A DNA stretch of 64,000 nucleotides from a virus (taxonomy: Duplodnaviria > Caudoviricetes): positions 2,086 to 66,085 of IMG/VR virus record IMGVR_UViG_3300036766_000439, one strand, 5' to 3'. A program made the position numbers and the translations under genes. The first letter of the stretch is position 1, and each line of letters opens with the position of its first letter. The notes below the pieces were generated by a model. It did not search any database, was not told the DNA's origin, and worked only from the letters and a program-made list of their open reading frames with translations. Positions 20,201-29,700 of this stretch are shown one piece after another.

Positions 20201-23200
20201 AATGATCAAAGATGTCTTGCACTGCATGCGATGCATCTAGGTCTATGCCAAAACTTCCCTTATTTTCTTTGGTTTCGTCAGCAATCTCCTTTTTGGCGAC
20301 ATCGATGGCTGCTTCCTTTGTGGCATATTGTCCGACTCCGCTCCCATCGGATTCAACCGCCCATTTATTGCCGGATTTCATCACCGACCAAGTGCGCTCT
20401 GCGTTTGGGGACCAAACACGATACAATTCTCCTTCTCCGAATCGGGTTCCATCAAGGTCATCACCGGTGACAGCTTCAACCGTGATCTTGGCGGCGCGTG
20501 ATTCTTTTTCTTCCTGAATGTTGCGTTCGACTAGCTTGACCGCTTCCGCCCTTTTAGTCGAAGCACTTCTAGGGCTCGGCTCGGCGGGCGTGCCGGTGAT
20601 AAGTTTGTCGGACGGCTTCCCGCCAGCCTTCAAGCGCACTAGTTCATCAGCCGCTTCTTTCGTCAAGACCACGCCCCTTCCTGTGCGGACATACTCCTTG
20701 TCGAGTCCGAGTTTTTGCAGCGTCGCGTTGTCCATCATGTCGATGAAACCGCGCTTCATCGCTTCGTCGGTTGCCCTTTTGTATCCCGAAATAGCACTCG
20801 CCTGATTCGGCCTCCTGTCTGATGGCGTTGGGTCCGTCGGCTTGCCAACGCGCGCCTGCGATTCGACGCTCTTGCGCAGGCGTTCAAGCGCCTCGGTATT
20901 GTTGAATACCTGAAACGTGGAGTTTCCGCTTTTGATTGTCACCTTGCCAAACTTTTCGGCGGCGAGTTTGCGCTGAATGTCGGCAATGAACTTCTGTTGT
21001 TCATCTGGTTTCCTCGGGTAGTCCTTGGACTTCACCGCTTCGTTGATGGCCTGCTCTCTAAAGTCTTCGAGTTTCGCCGCCTTTGGCATCGCTTTGTCAA
21101 TGGCTGAAAGCAGTTCGGCTTTCGTGTCCTTGAAGTCTTTGGTAGGAGCAAGCTGTTCACGTGCCGCAGTCTTCGCCGCGCGCTGCGCCTGAATTGCCTT
21201 CAACTTCTCATAAGTGTTTAGCGGTTTTGGCGGAGTGCGCTTCTCGATGCCACGCAAGGCGCGCATATCCGCACGGGTCGCGTCGGTTAAAGTCGTCGCC
21301 TCGCCAGCCGCAGTCGAGGGCTTGGCGGGTTTCGCCTCCGGTGCCGCCACAGCCGCCGCCGGCTTCGCTTCTGGCGGGGTATTCTCCCTTTTGGGTGTCT
21401 CGGTAGCCACCGGCTCCGCAGCCTTGTCCAACCCCTTGTAAATCTCCGCGAAGCTCCCGCCTTCCTCCATGTCCGTGAACCCGCTCAACACCCGGAACAG
21501 CGACTCCGAGTAGGGCTTGGCATTCGGGGCTTTCTCCGTGATGAACTCCGCCAGGGCTTGCCGGTTGCGGATATGCGGGAGGTCTTGCACCAGCAACCCG
21601 ACGAAGCGGTTCAGTTTCTCCCGCATCGCCACGTCGATCTTCTTGTCGAACTTCTCAACCTTCTCGCCCTCGGAAGGTGCCCCAAACAGGTCTTTCGCCA
21701 AGTCCTCCATTTCCTTCGACATTTTGTTCTTTTCGAGGTCCGGGTAGGTCTTGAAATGCCCCATCTGCCGGGCCTGCGCCTGCGTCATGGTCCCGGTTTT
21801 CAGCGCGTTCTCGACTAGCGCCTGATGCTTGTCCTGATCGAGCGCATCGAGCACCCGGTTGCTGCCGGTCTTTTTGATCGCCTCGCGCGACATATAATCA
21901 TGCTGCGACATTTGATGGCCCGGCACCTCGTCCGCCGGCAGGTAGGCGGCGAGCTTGGTTTTCACTGCATCGAAGTCATAGGGGAACGTGCCGCGGTCCT
22001 CTTTGGCTTTGGTGAACACCTGTCCGTTCGTGGTGCGCTCCATCGCGTTCCCGCCCGCGTGGCTGATGGCATACTCCGGCGTCTCCGCCGTGAACTGCCC
22101 TTCGCCCTGATGCTTCCCCGCCACGTCATGGATCGTCGGAATCCCCAGCCGCGTGTCACCCACGAGGATTTTCTCGCCCTTGTTCACCCGGTCTAGGAGT
22201 TCCTGCACGTCCTTCGGCTTCCAGCCCTCAGGCAGCGTGCCAGGGCTCGGATTCGGCTCGGGCGGCGGTGCGTCGGCTTTGTTGCCGGGCCATTCCTTGT
22301 CGTAGCCGAGCATTTCAATGATCTTCTTGTCGAGGGCTTCGGTGGTGTGCGCGATGTCGCCCCGCCACTTCTTGACCACCGACCGGATCATTTCATGCAG
22401 CTTCCTGAATGCGTCGATTAGGCGCTGGCTCATGCCCTTGGTGTCGCCGCGATAGACGCGCGCACCCTGCATCGCAAACCACTCCGAACGGGCGCGCTTG
22501 TCGTTCTTCAACTTCGCCCCGGTCTTCGTGCTCTTGGCATCGTATGCCTTGGCCGCACCCTCGCGCTGTCCGTCCTGCAACTTCTCCCATTCGCCCTGCA
22601 CGAAGTTTTCCCCCACGATTATCTCCGCGAAGTGGAACCCCTCATGCACGATGGCACTGGCAAGGTTTTCCGGGTTCAGCTTGTCCCGGTTGAGATAGAG
22701 GGTGTTGCTGTGCTGATCGTAAGCCGCCGCGCTGTCCGGCGTGTTGGCCGCAAGGGCTTTGTCCGCCTTCCACTCGGCGTCGCCCATCGCATGAACCTCC
22801 ATGTTCTCGAACGCCTCCGGGGCCGCGGCGTGCAGGCGTTGCGCGAAGTCGTTGATAATCTCCCCTGTCTTCGCTTTCTCGGTTGGGGTGCCTTTGGCGT
22901 TATCGTGCGCCACGCGCGTCAACCGCTCCGGCGTGTTGCCGCCCCGGTGGATGGCCGGCAGCCGCGGCAGCGTCAGCGAGTCGGGCCGCTTCACGCCGGC
23001 CTGATCGTAAACACTCCCCAAATGCTCATAATGCTCGCGAATGAAATGATCCAGCGCCATGCGCTCCGCCACCTTGCGGTCTTTATAGCCCTCATCACCG
23101 TATTGAGCCGCCTTTTTAAGTATGGCCTTGCCGTCGTCCACGGTCAGCATGGGCTGCCCGGTGTCCTTCCCGTTTTCATCAACGTGCCGGAGGGATTTAT

Positions 23201-23231
23201 ATCGCTCAATGCAATCGCTAAGGGTGGGCAT
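17232..23231 (-). CDS. Giant modular internal virion/DNA-ejection protein
   Basis: 1999 aa; N-terminal HEGFH zincin-like motif, repeated G(T/A)P(A/S)E linkers, hydrophobic C-terminal region. Confidence 0.6.
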   Translation of the reverse strand: MPTLSDCIERYKSLRHVDENGKDTGQPMLTVDDGKAILKKAAQYGDEGYKDRKVAERMALDHFIREHYEHLGSVYDQAGVKRPDSLTLPRLPAIHRGGNTPERLTRVAHDNAKGTPTEKAKTGEIINDFAQRLHAAAPEAFENMEVHAMGDAEWKADKALAANTPDSAAAYDQHSNTLYLNRDKLNPENLASAIVHEGFHFAEIIVGENFVQGEWEKLQDGQREGAAKAYDAKSTKTGAKLKNDKRARSEWFAMQGARVYRGDTKGMSQRLIDAFRKLHEMIRSVVKKWRGDIAHTTEALDKKIIEMLGYDKEWPGNKADAPPPEPNPSPGTLPEGWKPKDVQELLDRVNKGEKILVGDTRLGIPTIHDVAGKHQGEGQFTAETPEYAISHAGGNAMERTTNGQVFTKAKEDRGTFPYDFDAVKTKLAAYLPADEVPGHQMSQHDYMSREAIKKTGSNRVLDALDQDKHQALVENALKTGTMTQAQARQMGHFKTYPDLEKNKMSKEMEDLAKDLFGAPSEGEKVEKFDKKIDVAMREKLNRFVGLLVQDLPHIRNRQALAEFITEKAPNAKPYSESLFRVLSGFTDMEEGGSFAEIYKGLDKAAEPVATETPKRENTPPEAKPAAAVAAPEAKPAKPSTAAGEATTLTDATRADMRALRGIEKRTPPKPLNTYEKLKAIQAQRAAKTAAREQLAPTKDFKDTKAELLSAIDKAMPKAAKLEDFREQAINEAVKSKDYPRKPDEQQKFIADIQRKLAAEKFGKVTIKSGNSTFQVFNNTEALERLRKSVESQARVGKPTDPTPSDRRPNQASAISGYKRATDEAMKRGFIDMMDNATLQKLGLDKEYVRTGRGVVLTKEAADELVRLKAGGKPSDKLITGTPAEPSPRSASTKRAEAVKLVERNIQEEKESRAAKITVEAVTGDDLDGTRFGEGELYRVWSPNAERTWSVMKSGNKWAVESDGSGVGQYATKEAAIDVAKKEIADETKENKGSFGIDLDASHAVQDIFDHFDVPEGVTQSGWFRTKWGSYYNDITLADGATWKLSVRDHEAGNGPMGRANISYEVPKDWNPSSVAKGLDFIESKLAERARDHPAPEEDASPSETAPSPEQQRLAKLADTARAQLAKIQAAGQPTAHIEALLKKIEERLGPQGEPDAPLGTPAESAKDYLDKVKSSLADMKEHLQETGRTVKAFGKDIYAVKKYEGFNKVLNTWVGNNQIGIGHTETAALKVAKEIPSERVREAASVYMDAGGNATKLTDWASKSKGRDKAIYEAALKLTPEQLSTVAKAQRWFDDMHALGVKYGVLHENVVEDGVVKSGGFVEDYVPHMVKLPFVAGGGAAFGGKIIAKFKHSKERTFPNFFDLEQAGFKMKTKDLAQIMAIYGTQLTKAIETRKLAKALLTQKPPEGLPIGKLILGQFKEGETNKANYISDPPAAQEGGVVYKPIPNAAFRGWDYTGTGPDGKPIIMQGEIGIHPDHYAQLMNAIERSKIRAWIDSPGSPAANLAKVGVKAFDQSLSTMKGTMLGGIASFHAIHEIKLAAGYRVVINPVILKQPIDWKDPRTQEFVRWGLMLGGDHDAENHFSEGLGSKSLVDKIPAVGIVSRAFSEYTFHRLIPNLKFHTMDAVFERNMKIFDSDIKSGKVTRDDIGYLSAYQINERFGHQNLADLNRNPTFQHVLGWFTLAPDFWESNIRSYAIGAKGFLGSKTGRQPMYALAFTALAVAAIAQIMNKLFDDQYHFDEPFGFEHKNRLWTMRNPAEDVWRMIHNPRQYFMGRLSPAFGSLIQLGTGKNWRGENVGAMDTLADFLLKGIPISARWLPGIRELIDMTTTGGARTVSRFEEFASSQGFQVSRHTAATQAYKLANDYKKSAGEKDDTGTYPVGKYQQLHYALQDGDMKRAKAEAEKMLATVQVHSGYASQFDRDVALQKLQSGLNDSLFRSWTKNAEMDQAFAKSLKPADRAILRKAEQDREDDANKFAKLFNLKPKEHKAHDALMETLK

Positions 23232-23240
23232 GATGGGTGG

Positions 23241-23492
23241 TTAGCTTAGACTCCGCCACATGGCGAGAATGGTTTGAAGGTCTTCGGAGTCGCGTTCCTC
23301 CATTTGGCGTTCCTCCGCCTGCTGGTATTTCCAGAGCCGGTTTTCATAGTGGCGTTCCTCTCCGGTGCCACTGCTGTTCCCCCGATCCCGGCGCCCCGGC
23401 GTGGGTGGGACAGGCGGCACCGGCGGCACCACATGGATAATCGTCAGGGGAGTCGCAAAGGGAAGCTGCGCGAAGTAGTAGCATCCGAACAT
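23241..23492 (-). CDS. Hypothetical protein
   Basis: 83 aa, MFG..YFAQ.PF start typical of small virion proteins. Confidence 0.5.
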   Translation of the reverse strand: MFGCYYFAQLPFATPLTIIHVVPPVPPVPPTPGRRDRGNSSGTGEERHYENRLWKYQQAEERQMEERDSEDLQTILAMWRSLS

Positions 23493-23495
23493 GGG

Positions 23496-23912
23496 TTATG
23501 GGTGAAAATAGAAGATGGCTGCCACGCGCCATTTGACCGCATCGGGAGAAATCCAGCCCTCATTCCAAGTGTTGTTGATGCCGCCAAACAAGATTCCATC
23601 GGGACGGACTTCGATGACTTGATGGACGACTAAACCGGCGCTCGTCTGATAAACAGCCGCATCGCCGGGGTGAAGGTCCGAGGCGCTAACCGGCTCTATC
23701 CCCAGCCAGCAAGTGCGACCCAGCCAAGGCCGCATCGAGCCGGTATCGTTGACCTCTTGGATGTTTCTTCCTAGTTTTCTTGCCGCCCAGTGCGCCGCCT
23801 CTAGCATGGCCTCCGCCTTGGTTGCCGATGAGGTTGGCGTAGGCGGCATGGCATGGCGCGTGGCGCACGCGCTCAGGGCAACTAGCAATAAAAGTGCGCA
23901 GGCTGTTCTCAT
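23496..23912 (-). CDS. Lipoprotein with S24/S26 peptidase-like domain
   Basis: Lipobox LSAC; TGSMRP (Ser) and VVHQV (His), GINN motif. Confidence 0.6.
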   Translation of the reverse strand: MRTACALLLLVALSACATRHAMPPTPTSSATKAEAMLEAAHWAARKLGRNIQEVNDTGSMRPWLGRTCWLGIEPVSASDLHPGDAAVYQTSAGLVVHQVIEVRPDGILFGGINNTWNEGWISPDAVKWRVAAIFYFHP

Positions 23913-23913
23913 T

Positions 23914-25566
23914 TCAGTGCGTCAGCCCGGCGGCGATCTGCGCGCCGGTGGCATCGACGGTCGCGGCATTCTTGGCCCGTGCGCCGATGGAGCCGCTGGT
24001 GGTCAGCCCAGAGGTGGGGGTTTCCCATGCCTTGTTGGCAGCGGCTTGCGTGATGTCAGCGCGGCCACTCGAATCGGCTGCAAGGGTAACGCCGCCGGTG
24101 GCCCCGGTCGCCACATCGGGCAACCTCGCACCGATGGCGACGGTCTTGCCGGTCGGCACGGTGGCTTGCACGGCGTCGGCGATGTTCTGCGCGGAGAGCG
24201 TCGCGGTGCCGGTGGTGGCGTCCACGTTGACACCGTAGGCGACGCTCGCGGCGGCGGGAATGTAGGCGGTGCCGGTGAGCGAGCCGCTGGCGTAGACGGT
24301 GTTTTTGCGCACGTCGGCAATCGCGGCTTGGCCGAGGGAGTTGTCGGCGGTGAAGAAATCGCTGTAGGTAGTGGTGCCGTTGAGGGCCTGTCGGATTTTA
24401 GCGTTGGTTGGAGTTGGGCTGATGCGATATTTGAGACTATATACCGCGACCGTGCCGTTTGATGCCCCAATTAAGCTGCCAGAAATTACAACCGTCGCGG
24501 TGCTAGAAGAACATGCCACCGCCGGGGCATTTCCCCCGGCGGTCAGCGTCCCGACGATTGTCACCGACCCGTTTGTGATGTTGACAACCCCGCCGGTGGA
24601 TGTGCCCGAGCCGCCAGTGATGTTGCCGGTAATGGAAACAACCGCTGAAGCTCCGGTGGTCTGGAAACATCCGCCGCCGTTGCCGGTTGTGCCGGTCATA
24701 TTCCCAATGATGACGACGGTGCAGTTTCCACTCAAATTGACCATCCACTGGCCATTCAGCGAGCAGCTAATGTTGCCGGTGATATTAATAAAACCTGCCG
24801 TCGTGCAGGTCAACGCCACGGCGGCAGAGGTGGTGGTGGTTCCAGAAATATCGCCGACAATAGTGATGGTGCCCGTTGAGGTGTTAGTGATAGCCGGGCC
24901 TCCGTTGTTGCAGATGACGTTTCCGTTTATGGTTACAAGTCCGGTTCCGGTGTTGTTGACGCAATAAATGCTGGCGGTGCTAGATGGGGTTAAGTTACCC
25001 GTGATGGTCACAGTTCCGCTGGATGAATTTGTAACTCCGTGCGCCCCAGCCGCTGAACCCGAAACTACTGCACCTCCAATAATGAGTGTCCCTGTTCCGG
25101 TCATCGTGACACAGGAAGCGCCTCCCGCCTGCGGAGTTATTGCTCCGGTTATCGTGGCCGAGTTGGCCCCGTTGCCCGCGTAGGTCACGCAAGTGACAGC
25201 GGTGTTCGAGCCGAACACGGCGGCGGTCAGGGTCACGCCATCGGCGAGGGTGAAGGTGCCGCCCGTCGTTGCACCGCTGCCGTTGACATCGTTGCGGACG
25301 GAAGTGGCGGCCGAGTTCACATTGCCGGCGACGGCAAAGCCGTTGGCGTAGGCCACATCGCCATTGACGGGATACGAGGCCCCGCCCGCCCCACCGGCCG
25401 TCGTGGACCAGATCGCGGTGTCGTTGTAATTCCCTGCGGCGATGGCGAAGCGGTTGGCGGCGCGCAGCGCCGCGGGAGAAAGGAGCAGACCCAGGAGCAG
25501 GGAGAAAGAGAGAAGCCAGGAAGGAAGGAAGCGGAGGAACATGGGGAAATGATTTTTGGTTTTCAT
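23914..25566 (-). CDS. Tail fibre/spike-like beta-solenoid protein
   Basis: Gly/Thr-rich repeats (GTVTITGN) about every 25 aa; N-terminal hydrophobic stretch. Confidence 0.6.
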   Translation of the reverse strand: MKTKNHFPMFLRFLPSWLLSFSLLLGLLLSPAALRAANRFAIAAGNYNDTAIWSTTAGGAGGASYPVNGDVAYANGFAVAGNVNSAATSVRNDVNGSGATTGGTFTLADGVTLTAAVFGSNTAVTCVTYAGNGANSATITGAITPQAGGASCVTMTGTGTLIIGGAVVSGSAAGAHGVTNSSSGTVTITGNLTPSSTASIYCVNNTGTGLVTINGNVICNNGGPAITNTSTGTITIVGDISGTTTTSAAVALTCTTAGFINITGNISCSLNGQWMVNLSGNCTVVIIGNMTGTTGNGGGCFQTTGASAVVSITGNITGGSGTSTGGVVNITNGSVTIVGTLTAGGNAPAVACSSSTATVVISGSLIGASNGTVAVYSLKYRISPTPTNAKIRQALNGTTTYSDFFTADNSLGQAAIADVRKNTVYASGSLTGTAYIPAAASVAYGVNVDATTGTATLSAQNIADAVQATVPTGKTVAIGARLPDVATGATGGVTLAADSSGRADITQAAANKAWETPTSGLTTSGSIGARAKNAATVDATGAQIAAGLTH

Positions 25567-25567
25567 G

Positions 25568-25945
25568 TTAGGAGTAGGTCGCGGTCAGGTAATCGGTCCA
25601 CTTTACGTTATAGGCGTGCGCGGTGGTCACGCTGCCGTCGCTGGCGACGATGTTGCGCGTGATCGTCCAGACGGAGGCGGAGGTTGAACTGCCGGTCGGC
25701 GCGTTGCCGATGTAGTCGGTCGTGGCGCTCGCGTCCCATGCGTGCTGCACCGTCAGGGTTACGATGGCCGCGCTCGTCGGGTTCAACGAAACATCAAACG
25801 AATAGAACTGCCCGGCGACGGGCACAAACGTCTTCTGCACGTTTCCTGTGTTGGCCGCATTGCGCTGCGTGGTGTAGATTTCGTTGGCGGTCGGACTGGC
25901 GTGCAGTCCCGCGAATAACAATAGGGATAGGAGCAGTTTTTTCAT
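25568..25945 (-). CDS. Hypothetical protein with signal-peptide-like N-terminus
   Basis: MKKLLLSLLLFAG; YIGNAP.GS..S..VW motif. Confidence 0.6.
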   Translation of the reverse strand: MKKLLLSLLLFAGLHASPTANEIYTTQRNAANTGNVQKTFVPVAGQFYSFDVSLNPTSAAIVTLTVQHAWDASATTDYIGNAPTGSSTSASVWTITRNIVASDGSVTTAHAYNVKWTDYLTATYS

Positions 25946-26415
25946 TTGGCAAAGAGGGTTATCCAGCGCCATTCACTGATGCTGGCGATGTAGAACGCAA
26001 GTTCATCGCCGTTCACGGCGTAGTCTCCGGCCGCGCCGGGGTCGCCTGATGCGCTCGGCATCGTCACAAGGTTGCGGCACAGGCTCGCAGTTCCGGCGGC
26101 GGCTTCCACGTCCGTCAGCGTCTTCGCCGTGATCGTCGCCGCAATTTGGTCGCCAACCAGAATCGCCCGCGCCGACGATCCCTCTTGCGCCCGCGTAATC
26201 GTCAGCACGTCTCCAACAACCGCCGTGACGCGCACAATTTCCGCATTGGTCGAAAGCGGATTCGTGTCTGCCGGCCAAACGGTGCAGTTGAACGGCGCCG
26301 CGGGGAACAGCGCACCTTTGCCGGTCGCAACGGTCAGCGACGTGCCGCTCGTTGCCGGGCTCGGTGCCGTGGCAACCGCTGTAATTACAAAATTGGCGTG
26401 CGCGTCGAAGGACAT
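25942..26415 (-). CDS. Tail-fibre N-terminal anchor-like protein
   Basis: EIVRVTA..GD.LTITRAQEGS motif common at phage fibre N-termini. Confidence 0.65.
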   Translation of the reverse strand: MSFDAHANFVITAVATAPSPATSGTSLTVATGKGALFPAAPFNCTVWPADTNPLSTNAEIVRVTAVVGDVLTITRAQEGSSARAILVGDQIAATITAKTLTDVEAAAGTASLCRNLVTMPSASGDPGAAGDYAVNGDELAFYIASISEWRWITLFAK

Positions 26416-26723
26416 CAGGAAGCGGCCTCAATCGTCATGGATTTGATGCGACCCTGCCCATCCCGCTCGGAAACCTCCACTTTCCACTTCTGCGGGGTGG
26501 CAACGGTGAACTGCGGGCTGACCGAGACTTTGGGTGCCGGGATGTTGACGGACGGCGTGGGCCGCTCATTGGCGGCAACGATGGCCTTGGACAGTTCCCG
26601 GATGCTGCCGACGATCTGGGACAGGCTGGTGGGCTTCGGCGCGGCCTGGGGCTTGGCCGGCGGCGCGTTGAACTTGGCCCCGCTTTTCTGAAGTTCTAGG
26701 AGTTGTTCGTCGGTGAGATTCAT
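26415..26723 (-). CDS. Hypothetical protein
   Basis: 102 aa ending VSERDGQGRIKS. Confidence 0.6.
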   Translation of the reverse strand: MNLTDEQLLELQKSGAKFNAPPAKPQAAPKPTSLSQIVGSIRELSKAIVAANERPTPSVNIPAPKVSVSPQFTVATPQKWKVEVSERDGQGRIKSMTIEAAS

Positions 26724-26726
26724 GGG

Positions 26727-29700
26727 TTAGACAAAGACGAGTTGGCCGTCGATGCACTTGAGCACCTTGTTCAGTGTCTCGATATGCTGTTTGATGTGTT
26801 TCTCCGCAAGCCTTGCCGGAAGATCGACCGTGCCCTCCTGGCCGGTGGATTCACGGCGGACCTTCATCTTGACGGGCTGGTCGCCAAGGGCGGACTCGGG
26901 CGCGGCGACTTCGGTGCCGGTGGTCGGAGTTTCGGTTTTGACCGCCGGGGCTTCGGCGGCGGGTTTGGCTGGCAGCGTGGCCTTGTATTGCTGCATCGCT
27001 TCCTGCGTGCCCTTGACGGTCGGTGGCAGCTTTACGCCGGTGAGTGCCGTAAAGACTGCGCGGGAATGCTTGTTGTCCGGGTGGAGTATGTCTCCGTAGG
27101 CGCCCGTCTGGATTGCGTTCTGGATATGCCCGGCAGTCTTGCCGACGGCACCTTTGGGAATGCCAACGGCTTCCAACTTGCTCGTAATCGTGGCAATGTC
27201 TGCGCCTACCGCTTCTCGAACAGGTGCCGCACCCGCTTGGCCGGCTTCAACTGCTTTTCCTCCTGCCGCTCGAATGCCGGGCTCTCCATCGCTTCGTGCT
27301 GCGGGCTTTCCTCCGCCCCCGGCGGTTGCTTGAACAGACGTTTGACCTTGGGTTTCATTGGGTGGGTTCTCCGTTGTGGGTTGCTGTGCGCTTAAAGCCT
27401 GCTTGATCTGCTCGTCGCCTAGCCCGATGTTTTTCAACATCTCCGTCGCCTTTTCCGCAGTCACTTTTCCGGCGGTCACGTTTGCGACAATCTTGGCCGT
27501 GATGTTCTTTTGCCGTGCCAAGTGCTCGTCAACCTGGCGCTTCTGCTTGGCATTGATCGCGGTCTCCTTCGGCATCTCAACCCCCGTGCCGGTGGAAACC
27601 GTTTCATCGCGCGGGCCGATGTCCACCTTTGATTCTGGCGCCGGAGAGACGCCTGCCGATGTCTCACCGGGTCCGCTGTCGGTGGCACCCGTCGTCGCGC
27701 TCTCCGGCGTAGAGGGTTCTTCGCTGCGCTCTCCAATGAGCTTCTGCGGCCCTGCGGTGGCCTCGGTCTCTCTCGCAACCGCCGCTTTCGCCACAGGCTT
27801 TGCCCCGGCCTTCGCCTCCGCCTTGCGGAATTGCAGTCCCTCGGGTTTATCGGGGCGGATTTTCTCCGGGATTAAAGGCGTCAGCGCCCGCGGTTCCCAC
27901 TTTGCGGACTCTGCGATTACACGGCCTCGGGCGATGTCTCCTATTTTGACGCCAGCGTTTTTCGCAGCACTCTCGACCTTCGCCACCATTTCCCGCGCGG
28001 CATCATAGGATTTCTTCTGTTCTGGCGTGTATTTTGCCTGCGCCGCCGTCTCGGTGTTCGCGCCGGAAACAAGTTTGCGCGCATTGCGGTAGTCCTGCTC
28101 CTCAATGCCGGCTTTCTTCCAAAAAATTTGCGGGAAATTGGACTTCTCCATCGCCGCATGCATCGCTCCCAGTATCCCCATCGTCGCGATATTCTCCGTC
28201 GCACCCTCCATGATGCCGCGTTTCTCGTCATAGGCCACATTGCCAAATCCACCCCGTGCGGTAAGATTGGCTGCCACGGTTTGCCCAAATCCAACCAAAC
28301 CGCCGCCAACTCCCCGCTCGGCCACACTGCGCAGCAATCCTTGCGCTTCATTGCCGGCAATCCACTTCATGGCCGAGGCTTCACCCTGCTTGCCAAACAC
28401 GGAAAGGAGTTTGTCCACCACGATCCGGCCGGCGGGAGTCTTTGCCATCAACCGGGCGAATTGGCTGAACGGCACCAACATGCCTGCGCCAACGATGGTG
28501 CCCAGTGCTTCGGCTTGGTCGCGACCTTTTTCAAACTGTTCTGGCGTGATCTGCTTCGCGTCGAGCTTGGTTTGCAATCCTTGGGTAGCCTCATCCCGGA
28601 AAGCCTGTCCAAAGCCAAATGAGCCCGCGGCACCCGCGGCTGCCGCTTCCACTCCCGCCCCCAGTCCGGCCAGCCTGGCCGGGGCACCAGCGACCATGTA
28701 GGGCATCACCCCACCAACCATCCCGCTAACCTGTGCCGTCCAGTGCTGCTGCGCCTTGGCTTCGGCTGGATTGCTGGGGGCATGGGCGGCGGCAATGGCT
28801 TCTTTTTCCCACTTTGCATATTCGTCAATCTTCTTGGCGGCTGGATTATCCATGCCGCCCAGCACCAAAGCCGCCCCACCCGGCTGCGCCAACGCCGCTG
28901 TCCGGGCCAATGTCCGCGTTGTCGCTTGGATAATATCCGTCGTCGTCGTGCCTGAATTCGCCGCAAAATTGCTGATATTTGCCTTGGCTATTTCCCAGTT
29001 CGTCGGTGCCCGCGTCGCATCAATCGCTTGCTTCTGCTGATCGGGTGCCAGTCGCGCCAACCGCTGTTTCGCGAGGTCTTCGACGTAGGCTTTCTCCTTC
29101 GTCAGCGAATCGCGGAGAACAGGACTGATGTTGGTTTTGCTATCCGGTAAAAGCATTCCCGGTGCGCCTTCCGGTGCCGCCAGCATGTCATCGATCTCTT
29201 TCGCCCGGCGGTCGAGGGCTATGACGTGCGCGGGTGTGATCTTCCCCTCGCCTTCACCAAACCGCTTTGAGTTGTAATCCGTGACGAGTTTGCCGCCCTC
29301 CTTGCCTAGTGCCGTATGCTGCGCGAGCAGATCGTTGTGCTGCTTCACCAGCGCATTGTATTGGTCTGGCGGCAGGGTGCCTTTCCCGGCGTCGAGCTGG
29401 GCCTTGAGGGGATCGAGTTGCTTCTCGATGGCGGTCTGCCCGGTCTTGATTTCATCCAGCCGGGTTGCCCTCGCCGCCTGGCCTTTCTTGTCCACGTCGC
29501 CCAAACCGGTGCCGTAACGCCGGGCAAATTCTTCCATCCCCACACCACCGACCGCCTTCTCCCCACGCTGAATCGCAACCCCCGGTTCGGACTGCATCAG
29601 CGGGTTGGTGATTTTCTGGCCGGCTTGCGTCGCGGGCGTGCCATTCGGCGCCGCCGCCGGCATTGTCCCGCCAGCCGCCGCCAGTTCCGCCTGCGCCTGC

